Assembly: GCA_963663275.1 (NCBI GenBank)
Contig: OY760183.1
Span: 1,408,001-1,472,000 of the forward strand
Reading direction: 5' to 3'
Source: Chloroflexota bacterium
GTDB taxonomy: Bacteria; Chloroflexota; UBA11872; VXOZ01
Length of the DNA stretch: 64,000 nt
Part shown: in pieces, positions 28,369 to 37,402 of the stretch
How the letters are laid out: each line of letters opens with the position of its first letter
Position numbering within the stretch: position 1 is the first letter of the stretch
Notes under the pieces: generated by a model
The model's database searches: none
Told to the model about the DNA's origin: nothing
The model's input: only the letters and a program-made list of their open reading frames with translations
Translations under genes and position numbers: made by a program

Positions 28369-29781
28369 ATGGGTATGGCACGTTCTATGAAAGTCACGCG
28401 GCGGGCGGCGCTGGCGGGCATGGGCGCGGGCGCGCTGGGCGCGGCGCTTGCCGCCGCGTGCGGCCAGGCGACCGTAGCTACGACGGAGGACACCGCGCAA
28501 GCCGAGACCAAGGAGGAGGCGCCCCAGGCCGAACCGACGGCCATGCCGGAGGTCGAAACGGTAACCATCTCCATGATCTCGGCCGAAAAGCCGACCACGC
28601 GGCCGGTGCTGGAGCCAATTCTGGCCGACTTTTCCGAAGAAATGCCCCACATCGCCATCGACCTGGTGCCCTCCGGCGGCTGGGGCGAGGTGCGCACGAA
28701 GTTCTACGCGGCACAGGCGGCCGGCGATCCCATCAACATCATGGAAAACGGCTGGAGCGCGGTGCTCACCACCTATGAGACCGGCGTGACGATCGACCTG
28801 GCGCCATTCTTTACCCGCGACAAGATCGATACGGCCGCCACGTTTGCGGCCCCGGCCATCAACATGTGGACGGTGGAAGGCCGCATACTGGGGATGCCGA
28901 TCACCATGTCGGTGGACGCCACCGCCTATAACGTGGAAATCTTCGAGGCGGCCGGCATCAATCCCCTGCCGGTTGACCTGAACGATACCGACTGGAACAT
29001 GGAGACCTTCCTGGACCTGGCGACGCAACTCACCAATGAGGAGCGCACCCAGTTCGGCCACGGCGGCGGCATCACCTGTTCCAACGGCGGCGGCATCGGC
29101 ACGGGCACCTTCTGGGGCGTGGGCCCGTGGGACGCGGAGGCCGGACGCGCAACCATGGATACGCCGGAATTCATCGAGGCGTTGGAGTGGTGGCGCGACT
29201 TCAGCGATAAGCACCGTGTGACTCCAAACGCCGACGAGCGCGCGGCGGCCATGGGCGGCCAGAGCGGCAACGTCTTCATGTCCGGCAAGGTGGCGATGCA
29301 GCTTACGTGCACGTCGTTCCGCGATGCGCCGTTCACCTGGGCGCTGGCGACCATGCCGTACTCCGGCGAGGGGCCGAGCCAGTCGGGCCGCACGTGGACT
29401 CACCCGCTGCAAATGGCCGACGACGGCGCCGACAACAACGATCTGGCGTGGGAACTCTTCAAGTGGCTCCTCAAGCCCGAAAACGGCGGCCGCTTTCCGC
29501 CTTCGGCCGGCCACGTCGTCTCGCCGCTGCTGGACGACAACGCCTCCACCCTGGCGCAGGAGGGCTATCAGAACAGCCTGGGCGTTGACCCCAGAGCCTT
29601 TCTGCTCCACTCCCGCACCACGAAGCCGGCGGGCTGGGGCCTGTGGACGTTTACGGAGTATGGCGACATCTCCGGCGACATCAACGGCCAGTACCGCGAG
29701 TTTCTCGCCGGCAATCTCACCGGCGCGGAGTACGCCCGCTGGGCCACCGACCTCATCAACGCGACCCTCGGTGGAGAATAG
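28369..29781 (+). CDS. ABC carbohydrate-type solute-binding lipoprotein (Tat signal)
   Basis: TRRAAL twin-arginine motif, LAAAC lipobox, YNVEIFEAAGI and FMSGKVAM. Confidence 0.9.
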   Translation: MGMARSMKVTRRAALAGMGAGALGAALAAACGQATVATTEDTAQAETKEEAPQAEPTAMPEVETVTISMISAEKPTTRPVLEPILADFSEEMPHIAIDLVPSGGWGEVRTKFYAAQAAGDPINIMENGWSAVLTTYETGVTIDLAPFFTRDKIDTAATFAAPAINMWTVEGRILGMPITMSVDATAYNVEIFEAAGINPLPVDLNDTDWNMETFLDLATQLTNEERTQFGHGGGITCSNGGGIGTGTFWGVGPWDAEAGRATMDTPEFIEALEWWRDFSDKHRVTPNADERAAAMGGQSGNVFMSGKVAMQLTCTSFRDAPFTWALATMPYSGEGPSQSGRTWTHPLQMADDGADNNDLAWELFKWLLKPENGGRFPPSAGHVVSPLLDDNASTLAQEGYQNSLGVDPRAFLLHSRTTKPAGWGLWTFTEYGDISGDINGQYREFLAGNLTGAEYARWATDLINATLGGE

Positions 29782-29887
29782 ACGGCCGGGTTGGCAGTGA
29801 GGGCGGTGCCACCCTGTGATACAGGGTGTTGACAGATTGTGCCGCGAGGCAATCACCGAGCCTTAGGGCGCGCGTAGCATTGGGAAA

Positions 29888-29931
29888 CAACACGTGTAGG
29901 GGCACGACATGTCGTGCCCCTACACGTGTTG
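29888..29931. repeat. 44-bp perfect palindrome built on REP core GTAGGGGCACGACATGTCGTGCCCCTAC
   Basis: CAACACGT-core-ACGTGTTG, no spacer; same core at 42809 and 59851. Confidence 0.9.
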
Positions 29932-29994
29932 AATGGCGATGTGCCCCTGGGTGTTAAGGTGGGCTTGTTCCCCTGCGCGTTCGTTGGAAAAGTC

Positions 29995-31446
29995 ATGGCG
30001 GATCTCCCACAGAGACAGTTAAGACTTGGCGTTGGCGCTGAGCGCATCAACCCGCCGCTGGGTGTGCCGCTGCCGCTGGCCTACAGCGGGGGCGGGAAGC
30101 CGGTGGTGGTTGCGGGTCGGCACGACGACTGCTGGGCGCGGGCGCTGGTGTTGGAGCAAGGCGACACCCGCCTGGCGCTGGTCTCGGTTGACCTCTGCAC
30201 CATGCGCGACGACCAGTACCGGGAGATCGTCGCCCGCATTGCCGAGCGTTGTCATATCCCTGCCGCAAACATCCTGCTCGCGTGCACGCATAATCACTCC
30301 AACGCGCCGCTGCTGGAGCCTTTCGACGCCCCGCCCTCGGCCTGGCAGGAGACGTTAAACGACCTGATCGTCTCCGCGGTTTTTCAAGCGTGCCGCAGAT
30401 CGGAGCCGGTCGCCCGCATTCGCTACGCTGCGGCGCGCTACGGCAGCGTGGCGTACAACCGGCGGGTGGCGCTGCCGGAAATAGTCTGCATGCTCATCGG
30501 TGCTGAGCCGAAATGGGAGGCGATTGTCGAGCGGCTGGCGAACACGCTGGGGGCGACCCGCGAGCAACTGGGAGTGTCAAAAGGTCCGATTGCGCCGCGG
30601 GGCATAGTTGACGACACGCTGCGGCTAATGACTTTCGATTCCAGCGAGGGCAAGACGCTCGCCGGCATCGTCAGCGCGGCGTGCCATCCGGTGACCCATA
30701 GCTTCGCCGACCGGCAGACCTGCGCCGATTATCCCGGTTTTCTGGTGCGGCAGGTGGAGCGCGAGTTGGGCGGGATGGGTCTGTTTCTCCAAGGCTGCAG
30801 CGGCGACGTGCGGCCGCGCTACCGCGAACCGACATATGGGGAAGTAGAACGGGTGGGCCGGCGGTTTGGCGGCGCGCTGCGGGAAGCGGCGCGCAATCTG
30901 GTCGCGATCGACGGGCCGCTCGCCATAGACGCGGTCAAGCAGGAAGTCGAACTGCCGCTCAAGCCCTACGAATCGAGAGCGCAACAGCGGGGCAAGCTAG
31001 CGGAACTTGAACGTGTTCTCGAAGAGGCGGCGCAGTCTCCGGCTCGCGGCCCTGGGGATGTCGAGGAGCGCTGGGCTATGTGCCAGGAGAGCGCCTTCCT
31101 GCGCTACCAACTGAAGTGGGGCGACCTGGAGACCCGCCAGGCGGACCTGGAACGCGAGCGCGTGTGGGTGACGTTGCAGGCGGTGCGGTTGGGCGACGTG
31201 CTGGCGCTGGCCTCGCCCGCGGAGGTGTTTGCCGAAACGGGTGTGGAACTCTCCGCGTGGGCGGCAGACGAGGGTTGGCGCGGCAGTTTCGTCTCGTCCT
31301 GCACGAACGGCTACGTCAACTACATTCCACCCCGCGCCGAGGCGGAACGGGGCGGTTTCGAGCCAAGTTGCACGATGCTGGCGCCAGGGGCGTGCGAGCG
31401 GATGACGGCGGCTCTCAAGGCGTTGGGACGGAGGGTTGCGGCGTGA
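29995..31446 (+). CDS. Neutral/alkaline ceramidase-like hydrolase
   Basis: ARALVL, LACTHNHS, ACHPV, ADYPG, LQGCSGDV and GYVNYIP motifs. Confidence 0.75.
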   Translation: MADLPQRQLRLGVGAERINPPLGVPLPLAYSGGGKPVVVAGRHDDCWARALVLEQGDTRLALVSVDLCTMRDDQYREIVARIAERCHIPAANILLACTHNHSNAPLLEPFDAPPSAWQETLNDLIVSAVFQACRRSEPVARIRYAAARYGSVAYNRRVALPEIVCMLIGAEPKWEAIVERLANTLGATREQLGVSKGPIAPRGIVDDTLRLMTFDSSEGKTLAGIVSAACHPVTHSFADRQTCADYPGFLVRQVERELGGMGLFLQGCSGDVRPRYREPTYGEVERVGRRFGGALREAARNLVAIDGPLAIDAVKQEVELPLKPYESRAQQRGKLAELERVLEEAAQSPARGPGDVEERWAMCQESAFLRYQLKWGDLETRQADLERERVWVTLQAVRLGDVLALASPAEVFAETGVELSAWAADEGWRGSFVSSCTNGYVNYIPPRAEAERGGFEPSCTMLAPGACERMTAALKALGRRVAA

Positions 31447-31504
31447 GCGGCGCGCCCAAAGGGGCGGTTGCGGCGAGCCCAAGGGGGCGGTTGCGGCGCG
31501 CACA

Positions 31505-31705
31505 GGAGCGGGGGACAAGCCCCCGCGCTACGATAATCCGGGGGAGCGGACGCAGGTTACAAACCTGCGCTACCGGAGAAGAGCGGGCGCGGATAGCAGA
31601 CCAGCGCGTGTACAAGGCCTGCGTTGAGGGCGGGGGACAAGCCCCCGCGCTACGGTCATCCGGCAACACCGGGCGGGCGCAGGTTACAAACCTGCGCTAC
31701 CGGAG
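31505..31705. repeat. BIME-like cluster of two alternating GTAG-type REP families between convergent genes
   Basis: gcgggggacaagcccccgcgctac and gcaggttacaaacctgcgctac, each present twice. Confidence 0.8.
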
Positions 31706-31774
31706 AAGAGATGACAAGAAAAGAGAAGGTAAAGGCAAGAGAAAACAAGAGAGAGCAGAGAATACGCGGATGCT

Positions 31775-33730
31775 TTACGTTGCCATGCCCGGGTAGGGGC
31801 GGGTTCGGGGCTTTTGGGCGCCGTCGTCGCTGTCCGGCGGTGACGAGGGTTGCTGCTCTTCATCATCCACCAGTGTGCTGGCCGCCTGGGTATCCACGTC
31901 GTCGGAGGGTTCAGGCTCTTCTTTGAAGAACGCGCTGAATGACTTCTCGTCGAACGTCTCGACCTCCATCAGCGTATCGGCGATTTCCACCAGCTTACTC
32001 TTGTTGGCCGTGAGCAAGCTGGACGCCTTGTCGTGGGCCTGCTGTATCAGGCCTTCCACCTCGCCGTCGATATCCTGGGCCACGGCCTCGCTGTAGTTGC
32101 GCTGTTCCTGGATGTCGCGGCCCAGGAAGATGAGCTCTTCCTTGCGGCCGAACGCGCGCGGGCCCAGCTTCTCGCTCATGCCGTACTCCATCACCATGCG
32201 GCGCGCCAGGCCGGTAGCCATCTCGATGTCGTTGGAAGCGCCGGTGGTCATCTCGCCGAAGACCAGCACCTCCGCCGCGTAGCCGCCCAGGGCGAACGCC
32301 ATTTGCTGCCGAAACTGGGAGCGCGTCCACAGGTGGCGGTCTTCCGGCGGCAGCACCCGGGTGTAGCCGCCGGCGCGGCCGCGCGCCACGATGGAAATCT
32401 TATGCACCGGGTCCACGTCCGGCAGCAATTGCGCCACCAGGGCGTGCCCCACCTCGTGGTAGGCCGTCACCTTCTTCTCGCGGTCGCTGATGATGCGGCT
32501 GCGGCGTTCCGGCCCGGCCAGCACGCGCTCCACCGCTTCTTCAACCTCCGCCTGGCTGATAGCCTTCTTGTTGCGCCGGGCGGCCAGCAATGCCGCCTCA
32601 TTGAGCAGATTCTTCAGGTCGGCGCCGGAGAAGCCGGGCGTCTGGCGGGCAATGGTTTCCAGGTCCAGGTCATCCGCCAGCGGCTTGTCTTTGGCGTAGA
32701 GGTGCAGGATGTGTTCGCGGCCTTTCACGTCCGGGCTGTCCAGCACCACCTGGCGGTCGAAGCGGCCGGGGCGCAGCAGGGCCGGGTCCAGCACATCGGG
32801 GCGGTTCGTCGCCGCCAGCACGATCACGCTGGTATTGCTCTCGAAGCCGTCCATTTCCACCAGGATTTGATTGAGGGTCTGCTCGCGTTCGTCGTGGCTG
32901 CCGCCGAGGCCGGCGCCGCGCTGGCGTCCCACGGCGTCGATTTCATCGACGAAGACGATGCAGGGCGCGTTGCGCTTGGCCTGGTCGAAGAGGTCGCGCA
33001 CCCGGGAAGCGCCGACACCCACGAACATCTCCACGAACTCGGAACCGCTGATGCTGAAGAAAGGCACGCCGGCCTCGCCGGCCACGGCGCGCGAGATGTG
33101 GGTCTTGCCGGTGCCCGGCGGGCCGACCAGCAGCACGCCCTTGGGAATCTGCGCGCCCAACGCCTGGAAGCGTTCGGGATACTTGAGGAACGCCACGACC
33201 TCTTGCAACTCTTCTTTGGCTTCCTCCACGCCGGCCACTTCCGCGAAGGTGATGGTGGGCTTGTTGCTCTTGAAGACCCTGGCCTTGCTCTTGCCAAACG
33301 AAAGGGCCTGGTTATTCGTGCCCTGGGCCTGGCGCATCATGAGCAGCAGGATGCCGCCGAAGATGACGATGGGGAGGAAGGTGCCGAGGATGGGGAGCAG
33401 GTTGCTGAATTGGCTGGGCTCCCGCACGGTCAGCTTGATCTTGTCGTCCGGCACGCCGCGGCTGTGCAGCGTTTCCAGCACGTCCATCTCGTCCAGCTTG
33501 CGGGTCGTTAGGCGCTCCTCGCCGATTTCGGCTATCAGATGATCGTTCGAGACGATGACGGACGGGTACCCGTCTTTCCAGGCGGATTCCGAAACCGCGG
33601 CAATAAACTCAGTCAGAGAGACCGTGGTAGTCTGGCGCGACGGCGGCGTGAACAGGGTAAAGACGATGGCCAGAATGGCTACGGTGATGACCAGATAGAC
33701 GAACCCGTTCTTCAGCCACTTACTATCCAC
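31775..33730 (-). CDS. ftsH: ATP-dependent zinc metalloprotease FtsH
   Basis: Two TM helices, [17 protein letters not shown] ([20 protein letters not shown]) and HEVGH. Confidence 0.97.
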   Translation of the reverse strand: MDSKWLKNGFVYLVITVAILAIVFTLFTPPSRQTTTVSLTEFIAAVSESAWKDGYPSVIVSNDHLIAEIGEERLTTRKLDEMDVLETLHSRGVPDDKIKLTVREPSQFSNLLPILGTFLPIVIFGGILLLMMRQAQGTNNQALSFGKSKARVFKSNKPTITFAEVAGVEEAKEELQEVVAFLKYPERFQALGAQIPKGVLLVGPPGTGKTHISRAVAGEAGVPFFSISGSEFVEMFVGVGASRVRDLFDQAKRNAPCIVFVDEIDAVGRQRGAGLGGSHDEREQTLNQILVEMDGFESNTSVIVLAATNRPDVLDPALLRPGRFDRQVVLDSPDVKGREHILHLYAKDKPLADDLDLETIARQTPGFSGADLKNLLNEAALLAARRNKKAISQAEVEEAVERVLAGPERRSRIISDREKKVTAYHEVGHALVAQLLPDVDPVHKISIVARGRAGGYTRVLPPEDRHLWTRSQFRQQMAFALGGYAAEVLVFGEMTTGASNDIEMATGLARRMVMEYGMSEKLGPRAFGRKEELIFLGRDIQEQRNYSEAVAQDIDGEVEGLIQQAHDKASSLLTANKSKLVEIADTLMEVETFDEKSFSAFFKEEPEPSDDVDTQAASTLVDDEEQQPSSPPDSDDGAQKPRTRPYPGMAT

Positions 33731-33993
33731 GATGCTCTTCCTCAGTTGACGCGCCCACGCGCGCGCCGGACCCAGGGGGCCGCCGCGCCGCAGTTTTCTG
33801 TGTAGACAACACGTGCATTATACCATAGGGCTCAACGCGACACGCCGCGTGTGATTTCACGGGGCCGCCGGCCGCTTTATACTCCAAGACTTAAGGCCAC
33901 AATGACACATTTCGGCGAGTATGGCAAGTTGTAGGCGTGAGGCGGCCGTCCGGGCGGCCGGATTTCACCCTCACCCCGGCCCTCTCCCTGAAG

Positions 33994-35232
33994 GAGACCT
34001 TTGCGTAACCCTGGTTTGGCCCTTGGTGGGGGAGTAGTGGGTGCTAAATTGCGGTTTTTGGCCTTTGTCGGCGGCGTTCGGCCTGTGCAGGCGCGTCAGG
34101 GCGCTGCCGGTGCGGTCTTTTGCCGGCCGTGCGCTGCCGTTGCGACCCGGTCTTCCCCTTTCTGGCGGTGTGTGGCCGTGCGGTTACCGCCTACGCCGTC
34201 AGCGCCTCCAGCTTGCGCAGGTTGTACGCCAGCAACTTCAGCCACATCTCTACCGTGTTCCGCCCAAGCCCGCGGTAGCGCACCCGCCGGTAGCCGTAAC
34301 TCCGCTTCAGCGTGCCGAACACCCGTTCCACTGCTGCCCGTATCGGCTTGATCGCCGCGTTGCGTTCTCGCTGCCATTCCGGTAAGCCGCGCTGGTTCTT
34401 GTGCGAGCGGTGCATGATGCCGTCCGCTATCCCTTGCGCCCGCAGCCACGCCCGCCGCTCCTTGGACTCGTACGCCCGGTCACCGTACACCGTTCCTTCA
34501 TCACCGCTCACCAACTGGTCCGCCACCGTACTCTCCGCTACTTTCGCCGACGTTAGCTCCGCCCGCCGCACCAACCCGCTCCCCTGGTCCACCCCAGCGT
34601 GCACCTTGTACCCAAAGTGCGCCTGCCGCTTCTTTCCGCTCCGCGTCCAGTCCGCGTCCGGGTCTTTCTCGCTCTTGCCCCCCAGGCCCGCCGAGACCGG
34701 CGGCCGCCGCACCTGCGCCTCTACCAACGTCGCGTCCAGCAGCGTCCCCTCCTTCACCAGCAACCCACGCTCCTCCAACTGCCCTACCAACTCCGCAAAC
34801 AGCTTCTCGCTTACCCCGTGCCGCTCCAACTGCGCTCGAAACCGGCTCAGCGTCGAGTGATCCGGCGTGTCCTCCGCCAACCCCAACCCCACGAACCGCC
34901 GAAACGAGATGCGGTCGGCCAACGCCTCCTCCATCTGCGGATCCGAGAGACCATACCACTGCTCCAACAACAGGATCTTCACCAGCATCAGCGGCGGATA
35001 GCTCGGCCGCCCCTCACCGGAGGCGTAGATGCCCGACACCACCGCGCCCAACCGCTCCCAGTCCACCACTTCATCAATCCGCTCCAGCCGCTCGTTCCGA
35101 CCCAATTTCTCCGGTAACCACTGCTCCAACAGTGACGGTCGTCCCATCTCGCGGTGCATGGCGCTCTCCTGTCTGCTTGCGGTACACTCACCCTAGATTC
35201 TCCCTCAATTGCGGGAGTTATGCAAAGGTCTC
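33994..35232 (-). mobile_element. IS5-family insertion sequence (IS1106-like ends), 1239 bp
   Basis: TIRs GAGACCTTTGCGTAAC / GTTATGCAAAGGTCTC; flanking direct repeat CTGAAG (33988-33993, 35233-35238). Confidence 0.92.
34191..35159 (-). CDS. IS5-family DDE transposase
   Basis: GRPSYP, WYGLSD, PDHSTLSRFR (DUF772-like); catalytic D (LDAT), D (GDRAY) and E (RAAVERVF). Confidence 0.93.
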   Translation of the reverse strand: MHREMGRPSLLEQWLPEKLGRNERLERIDEVVDWERLGAVVSGIYASGEGRPSYPPLMLVKILLLEQWYGLSDPQMEEALADRISFRRFVGLGLAEDTPDHSTLSRFRAQLERHGVSEKLFAELVGQLEERGLLVKEGTLLDATLVEAQVRRPPVSAGLGGKSEKDPDADWTRSGKKRQAHFGYKVHAGVDQGSGLVRRAELTSAKVAESTVADQLVSGDEGTVYGDRAYESKERRAWLRAQGIADGIMHRSHKNQRGLPEWQRERNAAIKPIRAAVERVFGTLKRSYGYRRVRYRGLGRNTVEMWLKLLAYNLRKLEALTA

Positions 35233-35262
35233 CTGAAGGGAGAGGGAGAAAGATGGCGGAAA

Positions 35263-35460
35263 GGATGGGGGAGAAATGGCTTGACTTTGCACTGGCGTTG
35301 GTTGTACGTGCGCCCTGGATTCCGGCTTTCGCCGGAATGACGGAACTATGCAAAGGTCTGCAAAGGGATACGGAACTGTGCAAAGGTCTGCAAAGGGATA
35401 CGGAACTGTGCAGAGGTCTCTAAGCGGATAAGGATCTGTGCAAAGGTCTCCATAGGGATG
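35263..35460. repeat. Right half of a type-A1 MITE followed by 4 tandem 30-bp copies of the IS end
   Basis: ggatggggg...ggattccggctttcgccggaatgac, then (cggaactRtgcaaaggtct-N11)x4 at 35341, 35371, 35401 and 35431. Confidence 0.8.
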
Positions 35461-35488
35461 AGGTTTGCCTCATAGGGATAGGGAGCGT

Positions 35489-37402
35489 CTAGCGGGAGGG
35501 TATGGCGCTGGGCTGTGAAGCCGCTTGCTCGGCGTCCAGGCCGGCGGTGACGCCGGTGGTATAGAGTTCGGCGTAGAAGCCCTGGGCGGCCAGCAGCGCG
35601 TCGTGGGCGCCGCGCTCGACGATTTTGCCGTCGCGCAGCACCAGGATGGCGTCCGCGTTCTTGATGGTGGAGAGGCGGTGGGCGATGACGAACGCCGTGC
35701 GGCCGCGTAACAGCGTGGCGAGGGCGCGCTGGATGAGAATCTCCGTGTGGGCGTCCACGCTGCTGGTGGCCTCGTCGAGGATGAGAATGCGCGGGTCGAT
35801 GAGCAGCGCGCGGGCGAAGCAGATCAACTGGCGTTGGCCGACGGAGAGCCGCCCGCCGCGTTCCATCACCGCCGTATTGTAGCCGTCCGGCAGGCGCTGG
35901 ATGAAGCCGTCGATGCCCACGGCCCGCGCCGCCGCCTCCACTTCCTCCATTGTGGCGTCCGGCTTGCCGTAGCGTATGTTCTCCAGAATCGAACCGGAGA
36001 AGAGGAAGCTATCCTGCAGCACCATGCCCACCTGGCGGCGCAGCGAGCGGATTTGGAGGTCCCGCAGGTCGCGGCCGTCGATGGTAATGCTCCCCTGCTG
36101 CACGTCGTAGAAGCGCATGAGCAGGTTGACGATGGAGGTCTTGCCGGCGCCGGTGGGCCCCACCAGCGCAATCGTCTCGCCCGGCTTGGCCTCCAGGTCG
36201 ATTTCCGTAAGCACCGGCTGCTCGGGATCGTAGCCGAACGTCACGTCCGCGAAGCGCACGTGGCCGCTCACCGCGGACAGCGCGGACGCATCCGGTTTAT
36301 CGACGATTTCCGGATCGGTGTCCAGCAGTTGGAAGATGCGCTCGCCGCCCGCCATCGCTTGCTGGAGGTTGGTGTACCAGGCCGAAATCTCGCGGATGGG
36401 CATGAAGAATTGCTGCACGTACGAGAGGAAGGCCACGAGCACGCCCACGCTCAAGGTTCCATCCAGCACCCGAAAGCCGCCGTAGACGATGACGAGGCCG
36501 ATGGCAAGGGCGGTGACGAGTTCCACCGCCGGCGGAAAGGCGGCCATCACCTTGGCGGCCCGCACCGAGGCGTCGAGATTATCACGGTTGGTGCCGCGAA
36601 ACTGGCGGTAATTCAGGTCCTCCCGCGTAAAGGACTGGGCGACGCGCACGCCGCTGATGTTTTCCTGCAAGTTGGCGTAGACCTTGCCAACCTGATGCCG
36701 CACCTCCCGGAACCGCCGCCGCGCCTGCCAACTGAAGACCCGCGTTATCAGGAACATCAGCGGCAGCACCACGAACGTGGCCAGGGAGAGCGCGGGATCG
36801 AGAATTAACATCATGCCGAGAATGAGGACGAGACCCAGCAGGTCGGCCACCAGCGTCATGGTGCCCTGGGAAAAGGCGTTGTTCAGGGCGTTCACGTCGC
36901 TGGTGACGCGCGCCATGATGACGCCAATCTCGTTGCTGTCCAGGTAGCGGAACGAGAGTTTCTGCAGATGGGAGACCACGCGCACCCGCAGCGTGTGGAG
37001 CATGCTCTGGGAGACCGCCGCTATGAGAGCGTTGTTCGCGTAGGAAGAGAGGCCCATGACGCAGAGGCTGACCAGGAAGAGGATGGCGGCGATTGCCAGC
37101 ACCCGCGCGTTGTCCTGCGCGATGCCGTCGTCGATGGCCACTTTGATCAGGTACGGCCCGGCGGTGGTGGCCGCGGAGGTGATCAGCACCAGCACGACCG
37201 CGAGCGCGAGCCGTCCCCGATAAGGCTTGAGGAAGGGCAGCATCTGCCGCACCACGTCCTGGTCGAAGGCCTTGCTGTCCGGGTCAACGTCTACCGAGTC
37301 GTCCGAGCCGCGCCAGCCGCCGCCGCGCGAACTCATGCCGCTGCGGGAAGTCATGCCGCCGCTGCGCCAACTGCCGCCCATGTCGAAGCCGCCGCCAATC
37401 AT
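35489..37402 (-). CDS. ABC exporter, fused permease/ATPase (heterodimer subunit, consensus site)
   Basis: Six-TM domain, GPTGAGKT, LSVGQRQ, LDEAT and IAHRL. Confidence 0.93.
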   Translation of the reverse strand: MIGGGFDMGGSWRSGGMTSRSGMSSRGGGWRGSDDSVDVDPDSKAFDQDVVRQMLPFLKPYRGRLALAVVLVLITSAATTAGPYLIKVAIDDGIAQDNARVLAIAAILFLVSLCVMGLSSYANNALIAAVSQSMLHTLRVRVVSHLQKLSFRYLDSNEIGVIMARVTSDVNALNNAFSQGTMTLVADLLGLVLILGMMLILDPALSLATFVVLPLMFLITRVFSWQARRRFREVRHQVGKVYANLQENISGVRVAQSFTREDLNYRQFRGTNRDNLDASVRAAKVMAAFPPAVELVTALAIGLVIVYGGFRVLDGTLSVGVLVAFLSYVQQFFMPIREISAWYTNLQQAMAGGERIFQLLDTDPEIVDKPDASALSAVSGHVRFADVTFGYDPEQPVLTEIDLEAKPGETIALVGPTGAGKTSIVNLLMRFYDVQQGSITIDGRDLRDLQIRSLRRQVGMVLQDSFLFSGSILENIRYGKPDATMEEVEAAARAVGIDGFIQRLPDGYNTAVMERGGRLSVGQRQLICFARALLIDPRILILDEATSSVDAHTEILIQRALATLLRGRTAFVIAHRLSTIKNADAILVLRDGKIVERGAHDALLAAQGFYAELYTTGVTAGLDAEQAASQPSAIPSR

